Sequence record: NC_079184.1
Source: Escherichia phage vB_EcoM_DE15
Reading direction: 5' to 3' (one strand)
Length of the DNA: 53,998 bases
The notes beneath the pieces are model-generated. The model saw nothing but the letters and a program-made list of their open reading frames with translations. It did no database searches and was not told where the DNA came from. The translations under genes were made by a program, and so were the position numbers. This document shows, piece by piece, positions 46,634 to 53,998 of the stretch (position 1 is its first letter; every line of letters begins with the position of its first letter).

Positions 46634-47766
46634 CAGAGAACGGTTTTGTTCGCAAGCCTGTGGCCGACGTTGTATCAAGTCTTAATAACAAATTCATTGC
46701 TGCATTTGGTTCCAACTTTGATATAAGTCCGGAATCTCCTGACGGGCAATATATTGGAATTATGGCCGATGAAATCGCCTCGTGCTGGGAACAGGCTGAA
46801 CAAGTATTTAACGCATTCCGTCCAGGTGCTGTATCAGGCATTGGACTAGACAACGTTTGCGAATTAACAAATACTGTTCGATATGTTGACAAGCCTTCTC
46901 AAGCAACTGTCTTGTGCGATGGTGATATGGGAACTACTGTTCCTGCTGGTTCTATCGTAACGGATGGCACCATGCGCTTTATTCTCGACACAGATGTAAC
47001 ACTTCCAGGTGACGTAACTGTTATTGCAGAAGAGCCTGGTGAGTATTATATTGCACCGAGAACAATCAACCAAATCGTAACTCCTGTTGCCGGATGGAAT
47101 TCTGTAATTAACGAAACAGTTGGCGAGACTGGTATTAACTATGAATCAGACCCACAACTCCGAGCACGTCGAGAAAAGACTACGGCAGTCAGCAGCACAG
47201 CCACAGTCGAAGCCATCTATGCTTCACTCGCTGACCTCGATATTGATTACATTCGTGTTCGTGATAATGATACCGGCTCTCCTATTGGCAATCAGCCTTC
47301 GGGCACTGTATTTGTTGTAGTTGATGGCGGTACGAGTAATGATATTGCACGTCGAATCTACAATGCCAAAACTGGCGGAGTTCCGACATATGGCGATATC
47401 ACAATTACTGTAGCAGACTCGAAAGGCTACCCACACGATATTCATTTCAGCCGACCAACTTACACCGACATTTATGTCAAAGGTACGTTCCGTCGTCGTG
47501 CAAATGCCAACATAAGTTCGAACGATGCTATTCGTCAGCTTACAGATGCAACCATTGAATATCTCAACTCCCTGCAACCAGGGCAGAGTGTGGTATGGTC
47601 CAACATGTTTGCTCCTATCATGGCTGCAACACAGTATCTTGAGATTGATTCACTGTTTATTGGTATTGCACCAAACCCAACTGGCATAGCAACGATAGAA
47701 TTGGATATCGACAAACGTGCTCGTGGGGTTGCTGCTAACATAACTTACACTGATGTGACGGTATAA
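46609..47766 (+). CDS. Baseplate J-like protein
   Basis: 385 aa, position in P2/Mu-like order. Confidence 0.5.
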   Translation: MATIKYGVTENGFVRKPVADVVSSLNNKFIAAFGSNFDISPESPDGQYIGIMADEIASCWEQAEQVFNAFRPGAVSGIGLDNVCELTNTVRYVDKPSQATVLCDGDMGTTVPAGSIVTDGTMRFILDTDVTLPGDVTVIAEEPGEYYIAPRTINQIVTPVAGWNSVINETVGETGINYESDPQLRARREKTTAVSSTATVEAIYASLADLDIDYIRVRDNDTGSPIGNQPSGTVFVVVDGGTSNDIARRIYNAKTGGVPTYGDITITVADSKGYPHDIHFSRPTYTDIYVKGTFRRRANANISSNDAIRQLTDATIEYLNSLQPGQSVVWSNMFAPIMAATQYLEIDSLFIGIAPNPTGIATIELDIDKRARGVAANITYTDVTV

Positions 47767-47767
47767 T

Positions 47768-48409
47768 ATGGCTGGTAAACATGGCTTAGATATGCTGCTT
47801 TCACAGTATGCACTGTCGCCAAACCTTCGTAAGTATATTTCAATCTTCTTAGAAGAGTTTGCAGAAGTTAAACAGGCCATGACTGACTCAGTTAAGTACA
47901 GATACTTAGCAGATTCGTTCGGAGTCATGGTTGACGACCTTGCGTATATTGTGGGAGCTTCTCGTGTAATACAAGGTGCTGCGGCACTTGGGTATTTTGG
48001 CTTCTACGCCAACCCAGGTGCATTTCCTGCTGGTGATGACAACGACCCAGGTATTGGTGGTATTCTGAAATCAGATTACGACAAAGACTCTGGAGACTTT
48101 GTTCGAACAGATGGTCAGTTAAAGGATGCAATACGTGCCAGAATCATTAAGATAACTGGCAACTGCACCATTGAACAGCTTATCATGTATATCGAGTTGG
48201 TCGTAGGAAGGGAACTGAAACTCCAAATCGTAGAGGGGTTTCAGACAATGGACTACATTATTCATGAAGAGTTGTCTGTGGCCGAGAAAGTTCTCATGGC
48301 CTACATGCTCCCGAACTTTAAGCCTGTTGGAGTTAAGATTACCCTAAGAGATACTAAAGGTAACATCGCTCTGGTTTATGGTTCCAAAGATTATCCTCCG
48401 GAGAAATAA
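47768..48409 (+). CDS. Baseplate gpI-like protein
   Basis: Position. Confidence 0.4.
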   Translation: MAGKHGLDMLLSQYALSPNLRKYISIFLEEFAEVKQAMTDSVKYRYLADSFGVMVDDLAYIVGASRVIQGAAALGYFGFYANPGAFPAGDDNDPGIGGILKSDYDKDSGDFVRTDGQLKDAIRARIIKITGNCTIEQLIMYIELVVGRELKLQIVEGFQTMDYIIHEELSVAEKVLMAYMLPNFKPVGVKITLRDTKGNIALVYGSKDYPPEK

Positions 48410-49554
48410 TGACTCAACGTCTTAAGTTTAATTTTCCCTGGGCGCAAGATGGTGAAGTTAAAGACCCGGACTTGGATACCACTGCGCCAAGTTTTATCGA
48501 AAACAGGTACGCCAATCTGGGCTGGGAAGCTGAAAAGCCTCCCAATGAGTGGCAGAACTTCTTATCCCAAATTAGTGATTTGAAGATTATATCTCTGCTG
48601 TTCAGTGGCATTGCTGAGTTTGATTCAAGTGTGACTTATCAAGTTGGTGCAGTATCTTCTCTCAATGGTGTTGTTCGTGTATACACACCCACAGGTTGGG
48701 AAGAGGTGATGGACCTCAAGAGGGTCGACTACCTTAATGACGTCAGTAACTTGAAGTCCCTCTACGATAATCACTTGGCTGCAACCAATCCACATAAAGA
48801 AACTGTGGATACCATTACAGATAAAACTTATAGCAAAACTGATATAGATGATGCCTTTGGAAGCCCTACAGACCCAAGGACCATCGTGTATCATAAGCTA
48901 CAAACTGGCCGCGTACACCAAGAAACTCCACAACAGCTTGGAACACTTCCAACATCTGGTGGCAAGTTTTCCGGACCTGTGTCACTGTTGGGTGGTATGA
49001 AGTTTGGAACAAACATCACAATTCAAATGAACCCAGGAAATGGGAGAATTGAGATGCGAGCAGGTAATAGGATTCTATCCATTGATGCACTTGGCAATGT
49101 TCTGTGGAGCATAGTTGGTGGTGCAGAATATCCAGTGATGACAGAGCTGAATTACTCAGAATTTCAGATTCGCTGGGGAAACAGGTTTGCACTCCCTACA
49201 CCATATTTGCAAATGGACTTTGCGAGAAGCATTAATGATGGTTCATCTGTTCGTGACTGGACAATCACAACCACAGAAACACCAGTGTTTCACCCTAGCG
49301 GTGGGTTGAAGATAGATGACAACACTGTCACGTTTTCAGGATTTAATATCACTATTCCGACAACCATAGTTGCACTCACCAGAAACTCTGCTGGCGCACT
49401 TGGGAGGGGCAACTCAGATGCTCCATCTGGAGGATATACGAGCCTAAACACCCTGCTTACAAACTTGGGTGTATCAGATGCTGCATACATTGTCAGTATT
49501 ACTTGTTACCCAACACTTACCGCTTATCAGAAATCAATGTTAGTGAGGCCATAA
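48409..49554 (+). CDS. Tail fiber protein (proximal)
   Basis: Position; fiber-like composition. Confidence 0.45.
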   Translation: MTQRLKFNFPWAQDGEVKDPDLDTTAPSFIENRYANLGWEAEKPPNEWQNFLSQISDLKIISLLFSGIAEFDSSVTYQVGAVSSLNGVVRVYTPTGWEEVMDLKRVDYLNDVSNLKSLYDNHLAATNPHKETVDTITDKTYSKTDIDDAFGSPTDPRTIVYHKLQTGRVHQETPQQLGTLPTSGGKFSGPVSLLGGMKFGTNITIQMNPGNGRIEMRAGNRILSIDALGNVLWSIVGGAEYPVMTELNYSEFQIRWGNRFALPTPYLQMDFARSINDGSSVRDWTITTTETPVFHPSGGLKIDDNTVTFSGFNITIPTTIVALTRNSAGALGRGNSDAPSGGYTSLNTLLTNLGVSDAAYIVSITCYPTLTAYQKSMLVRP

Positions 49555-50939
49555 TGGCAATTCGTCCTAAACTGAACCGAGTCTGGACTTCAAACAACTC
49601 TGTCGCAAGACGTGACCCAGGGGATGAAAAATACCTCAAGGGTTGGGTTGCGGAGATTCCGACCTATCAGGTTCTTAACTACCTGCAATACAAGATTGAC
49701 ACCACAATGCTTGCACAAGCAGAGCGTGGAATCTTTGAGTGGGGAAATGATGTAAGTTATGGCGTTGGTAGTTTGGCTTGGGACGAAACAGACAAGACTA
49801 TCTATGTTTGTACTGTCACCAACCCTAACAAAACACTACGCCCAAGTGCAAACTCTGCACAGTGGAGTCCAAGCTCCATCCAAGTTCCTCGTGCAAATTA
49901 TGACTCAATTGTGGCAGCAATCAATGCACACATTGCAGACATAACCTCAAACCCGCACAAAGTAACTGCTGCACAAATTGGTGCATACAACAAGTCCGAA
50001 CTTGATTCGATTGTTGCCAACTATCGTGCAATGGTACAGGCACACGTAACGGACTACAACAACCCGCACCAACTTACTGCAACTCAGGTTGGTGCTGTTC
50101 CTGTAACTGGTGGCGCATATACTGGTGAAGTAACTTTCACAACTGTGTATCTGAATGATTCCAAAACTGCACAGATTGTAAATGACGGTGGATTGTATCT
50201 TCGTAATGGAAGCTACTACCTTGGAGTCAATGGAACCACAGGAAATCCAGAGGCAGGCACTGCTTCAAGTAAGTCGCGTATTGTAACGGAACTAAACTTC
50301 CCAGATGTTAAGGCAGCACAAGAGCCTGGGTATGCTCACCTGGAACCAACATTCCAAATGAACTTTATAAACTCACTTAACATAGTGAGGGGTTCTGGAA
50401 CAGTGTCTTCTACAGAAGGCATGGATATTCGATACGACCAAGCTAATGGTGGTGTGTTCCTGTTTGACCAGGGTGGCATTGGACATTCGATAAGCGGTAG
50501 CGACGAACTTGTAGCAACTGGTGAAAACGTGCCATTTACGATTGCATTTGACTACTACCCAAACAATCCGATAGATTCTACATCTTGGCAGTTTACCATA
50601 GGACTACTTGGGTATAAGGTACTGTTCCGAGTAAACAACAACATGTACTTGGAGATTAGAAACTCTTCTGGCTCCAATGTGCAGAGATGCGCCAACCCCT
50701 ACGTTGTAGCTCCATATACATGGAGCAGGATTGTCGCAACATACGACGGAACTACATATCGTCTATATGTAAATGGCGTACAGATTGCTGAAGAGGCTGG
50801 TGGGTTTGCAACACATAACAACTCTGCCAGTCGCAAATTCATGTTGAACCTTGCAGCAAATGTTCAGAAGGCTGTTAGATTCCGTGGATTTAGGCTCTGG
50901 CCTTACTCGCTTAATGCCAAGCAAATTTCAACTTTATAG
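49554..50939 (+). CDS. Tail fiber protein with NPH-type repeats and C-terminal concanavalin A-like lectin domain
   Basis: NPHKVTAAQIGAY / NPHQLTATQVGAV repeats; C-terminal YRLYVNGV-type jelly-roll pattern; ATG 49554 with GAGG RBS. Confidence 0.5.
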   Translation: MAIRPKLNRVWTSNNSVARRDPGDEKYLKGWVAEIPTYQVLNYLQYKIDTTMLAQAERGIFEWGNDVSYGVGSLAWDETDKTIYVCTVTNPNKTLRPSANSAQWSPSSIQVPRANYDSIVAAINAHIADITSNPHKVTAAQIGAYNKSELDSIVANYRAMVQAHVTDYNNPHQLTATQVGAVPVTGGAYTGEVTFTTVYLNDSKTAQIVNDGGLYLRNGSYYLGVNGTTGNPEAGTASSKSRIVTELNFPDVKAAQEPGYAHLEPTFQMNFINSLNIVRGSGTVSSTEGMDIRYDQANGGVFLFDQGGIGHSISGSDELVATGENVPFTIAFDYYPNNPIDSTSWQFTIGLLGYKVLFRVNNNMYLEIRNSSGSNVQRCANPYVVAPYTWSRIVATYDGTTYRLYVNGVQIAEEAGGFATHNNSASRKFMLNLAANVQKAVRFRGFRLWPYSLNAKQISTL

Positions 50940-50947
50940 GATTCAAA

Positions 50948-51976
50948 ATGGCTAAAGGTTATTCTTTAGATGCGTTGGTTAAGGAGAAGTGGTCGAGATA
51001 TGCCGAATCCTTAACCAGTGGGTTGGACTTTAATGACTTCTACGGTGTGGAAAAGTCCGGCATATACATGGTTGCTGCCAATAATATAGCCACTACACTG
51101 CTAAACATGCCAGAAAAGGTTGCTGGTGTACTCGAGGTAATGCCCTGGACATCAACGGGGCTAAGCATCCAAAGGTACACTACATACAACCTTGCCAGAC
51201 TATATGTTCGCACAAAGGAGTCCCCAAATGTGGACTGGGGTCCGTGGAAGCTTCAGATAGACGCATCAAACATATTTAATACCATATACCCAATTGGTAT
51301 TGTATTGCAGTTTGATAACGCCACCAACCCAAACAATTCATTCCCAGGCACAGTTTGGGAACAAATCCTAGACGGTCGCTCTGCTCGTTCTGCAACTTCT
51401 GCTGAAGCTGGTACAACTGCTGGTCAAATTGGTTCCACTGGTGGCTCTGATACCGCATCTCTTGCTGTGGCAAACATTCCTGGACACACTCACGGAATGC
51501 AAAACCACACGCACAGTATTGCAGCACACACCCACACGATGGCCCACACCCACTCCATCAACCACGACCACGGTGCCGTGACGTCAAGTTCCAGTGGTGC
51601 ACATACACACAGTGTGTCCGGTACTGCCGCAAGCAACGGTGCTCACACGCACACAGCCGGAACTGGTTACACTGGTGCAGGTAACTACATTGGTGCAGGT
51701 ACTGGGACTGGCCTGGGTACGATGACCACTAACTCTGCTGGTGCGCACACACACAGTGTAAGCGGAACTGCTGCGTCTGCTGGTGCACACACCCACTCTG
51801 TAGACTTACCTAACTACACAGGTACAAGTGGTGGCTCCAGTGCTGCCAATACGGGCGGTACGGCGTTAACCACTGGTGGGCCAAGCAACAATGAAACAAC
51901 CTCAACCGGAAGCGGCACAGCCTTCACTGTGACCAACGCCGTTCACTACTATGCCTTCTGGAAACGGGTGGCTTAA
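50948..51976 (+). CDS. Tail fiber / receptor-binding protein with His-x-His repeats
   Basis: GHTHGMQNHTHSIAAHTHTMAHTHS and three GAHTHSVSGTAAS-like units. Confidence 0.55.
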   Translation: MAKGYSLDALVKEKWSRYAESLTSGLDFNDFYGVEKSGIYMVAANNIATTLLNMPEKVAGVLEVMPWTSTGLSIQRYTTYNLARLYVRTKESPNVDWGPWKLQIDASNIFNTIYPIGIVLQFDNATNPNNSFPGTVWEQILDGRSARSATSAEAGTTAGQIGSTGGSDTASLAVANIPGHTHGMQNHTHSIAAHTHTMAHTHSINHDHGAVTSSSSGAHTHSVSGTAASNGAHTHTAGTGYTGAGNYIGAGTGTGLGTMTTNSAGAHTHSVSGTAASAGAHTHSVDLPNYTGTSGGSSAANTGGTALTTGGPSNNETTSTGSGTAFTVTNAVHYYAFWKRVA

Positions 51977-51984
51977 GGAAAACA

Positions 51985-52326
51985 ATGGAACGATTATCCA
52001 TTCAGATGTTTCTGGACCTCATGCACCAATATGGCGTATGGCACGGCTTGCTCGCTGGTCTGACGGCTTTAATCCGTGGGGCATATGAGAGTGAGGGTTT
52101 AAGCAAGGCGTTGCTAGATGCGACGCTGTGCAGCTTAATCGGCCTGTTTGCATTTCAGGTCGCTGGCACATTTGAGACTTTCACGACTAACGTCACTATG
52201 CAGTTAGTTTTGGCTATCGTGATTGGTGTCATCGGTGCTAACCTCATTATCACAACTGTCAGAGAAAGTTTCTCTGGCGCAATCAAACAACTTAATCCTT
52301 TGACGTGGTTCAAGAAGGCACGATGA
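51985..52326 (+). CDS. Holin (putative, 3 TM segments)
   Basis: Three hydrophobic stretches in 113 aa; directly upstream of lysin. Confidence 0.5.
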   Translation: MERLSIQMFLDLMHQYGVWHGLLAGLTALIRGAYESEGLSKALLDATLCSLIGLFAFQVAGTFETFTTNVTMQLVLAIVIGVIGANLIITTVRESFSGAIKQLNPLTWFKKAR

Positions 52327-52343
52327 AATGATAAGGAACTCGG

Positions 52344-52898
52344 ATGCTATCATTCAAAGTTCTTGCACTTCTGACAGCTTTAGTTCACATCAACGCCCCA
52401 GCTTCGGTTGGGGCAGTGAATTCTGCTATTACAGATTTTGCAAGTCATTCCTATTTAAATGGAAGTCTGAAATTATCTTCTTCACAACGCAAAGAGCTAG
52501 AATGCTACACTAAAGTAATCTGGTACGAAGCTCGCGGAGAAGACAAACATGGAAAGATTCTGGTAGCTAATGTCGTCCGTAATAGAACAGAGTTCGGGAA
52601 GCCATTCGCTAACACCGTTTGTAATGTTGTCTATCAACGCAATCAATTTGCATGGACACGAGAAGCAAAGAAGAAGAATGCTCAATGGAAGCATGTAGCA
52701 AAGATTAATTATGCCACAGAACAACAACAAGTTCTGGACACCATTAATGTTGCAATCTCTTTTGTACTATTTAATCAACCCTCTGTCACCAAAGCAACTC
52801 ACTTTTGTACAGCATCGGAGAAGTGCAACTTCAAGAATGTCAAAGGTCTGGGACGTTATGGTGGCCATAAATTCTATGAGTATCTAGGAAATCTGTAA
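52344..52898 (+). CDS. SleB-type cell wall hydrolase with N-terminal signal/SAR-like segment (endolysin candidate)
   Basis: [21 protein letters not shown] matches the SleB/Hydrolase_2 core; N-terminal [25 protein letters not shown]. Confidence 0.65.
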   Translation: MLSFKVLALLTALVHINAPASVGAVNSAITDFASHSYLNGSLKLSSSQRKELECYTKVIWYEARGEDKHGKILVANVVRNRTEFGKPFANTVCNVVYQRNQFAWTREAKKKNAQWKHVAKINYATEQQQVLDTINVAISFVLFNQPSVTKATHFCTASEKCNFKNVKGLGRYGGHKFYEYLGNL

Positions 52899-53998
52899 TG
52901 GCTTACACTACCTTTTCACAAACCAAGAATAACCAACTATTAGAACCAATGTTCTTTGGTCAGAACGTTAACGTTGCTCGATATGACCAACAGAAGTACA
53001 GCGTCTTCGAGAAGTTAATCGAGAAGCAGTTATCTTTCTTTTGGCGACCTGAAGAGGTTGATGTTAGCCAGGACCGAATTGACTATGCTGGTCTGCCTGA
53101 ATGCGAGAAGCACATCTTTACCAGCAATTTACGATACCAAATCCTGCTTGATTCCATTCAGGGACGTGGACCAACCACAGTTTTGCTGCCAATTGTGAGC
53201 ATTCCTGAACTGGAAACTTGGATTGAAACTTGGTCTTTCTCAGAGACAATTCACTCCCGTTCTTACACGCATATTATTCGTAATATCGTGACAGACCCAA
53301 GTGTAATTTTCGATGAAATTGTGGAGAATGAGCACATTAAAATGCGTGCAATCGGCATCTCCCAATATTATGACGAGCTTCAACATCTAACTTCCATGTG
53401 GCATCTGCATGAAGATAAAGTTTCCCTTCGTGAGCTTAAGAAGAAGCTGTATTTATGCCTCATGTCCATCAATGCACTAGAAGCAATCCGCTTTTATGTC
53501 AGCTTTGCTTGCTCATTTGCCTTCGCTGAACGCAAGTTGATGGAAGGAAATGCCAAGATTATTCGCTTAATTGCTCGTGATGAAGCACTCCATTTGACCG
53601 GAACTCAACACATGCTGAACCTTCTTGCAAGTGGTGTTGATGACCCAGAAATGGCAGAAATTGCTAAAGAATGCCGTCAAGAATGCCAACTCATGTTCGA
53701 AAATGTGGCCCAACAAGAGAAAGATTGGGCTGATTATTTGTTCAAAGATGGCTCAATGATTGGCTTAAATAAGCAAATTCTGTGCGGATATGTGGAATAT
53801 ATCACGAATATTCGTATGCAAGCAGTTGGATTGGATGCTCCATTCAAAGGTGCTACTAACCCGATTCCTTGGATTAACGCATGGTTGAATTCGGATGCTG
53901 TACAGGTTGCTCCACAAGAAACGGAGATTAGTTCGTACCTTGTCGGGCAGATTGATTCCGAAGTTGACACCAATGCTCTGGGCGGATTTGAGCTTTAA
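52898..53998 (+). CDS. nrdB: Class Ia ribonucleotide reductase beta subunit (NrdB), host-like
   Basis: [11 protein letters not shown]...[18 protein letters not shown]...[18 protein letters not shown] strongly resembles enterobacterial NrdB as recalled. Confidence 0.85.
   Translation: MAYTTFSQTKNNQLLEPMFFGQNVNVARYDQQKYSVFEKLIEKQLSFFWRPEEVDVSQDRIDYAGLPECEKHIFTSNLRYQILLDSIQGRGPTTVLLPIVSIPELETWIETWSFSETIHSRSYTHIIRNIVTDPSVIFDEIVENEHIKMRAIGISQYYDELQHLTSMWHLHEDKVSLRELKKKLYLCLMSINALEAIRFYVSFACSFAFAERKLMEGNAKIIRLIARDEALHLTGTQHMLNLLASGVDDPEMAEIAKECRQECQLMFENVAQQEKDWADYLFKDGSMIGLNKQILCGYVEYITNIRMQAVGLDAPFKGATNPIPWINAWLNSDAVQVAPQETEISSYLVGQIDSEVDTNALGGFEL

Noticed and set aside
1-53998. CRISPR array or defence-island signatures
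   Set aside because: No regularly spaced identical repeats with unique spacers were seen; repeats present are promoter-like or operator-like motifs with variable spacing.

Overview
This window reads as a near-complete ~54 kb genome of a lytic tailed phage of enterobacteria, with every credible gene on the + strand; all calls are by eye from motifs, with no searches run. Gene order: a repeat-rich leader; a compact T7-type single-subunit RNA polymerase (646 aa); a 1.3 kb non-coding repeat array; about 30 small early genes, including a macro-domain protein, a small protein ending in the host SSB tail DDDIPF, an M15 peptidase and an ArdA-like acidic protein; a non-coding ori-like region; a 3 kb low-coding island with a tRNA-like gene, a spanin-like gene pair and an HNH-AP2 endonuclease; a T7-like replication and nucleotide-metabolism block (ThyX-like, primase-helicase, family A DNA polymerase, 5'-3' exonuclease, HNH, ligase, dNMP kinase, dUTPase); then terminase, portal, scaffold, capsid, a contractile-tail-like module (sheath, tube, chaperone, 1241-aa tape measure protein, Mu/P2-like baseplate, fibers), holin, SleB-type lysin and a host-like nrdB. 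The most notable observations are two -1 frameshift sites (CCCAAAG adding Ig-like domains to a head protein; TTTTTTC in the tail chaperone), a YqaJ-like nuclease domain inside the tape measure protein, the SSB-tail mimic, a recurring 20-nt promoter-like motif at ten sites, a tRNA-like gene with a 20-nt D-loop insertion, and an nrdB with no nrdA in the window. The mosaic (myovirus-like virion plus podovirus-like RNA polymerase) resembles what I recall of the phiEcoM-GJ1 group, but I cannot verify this.
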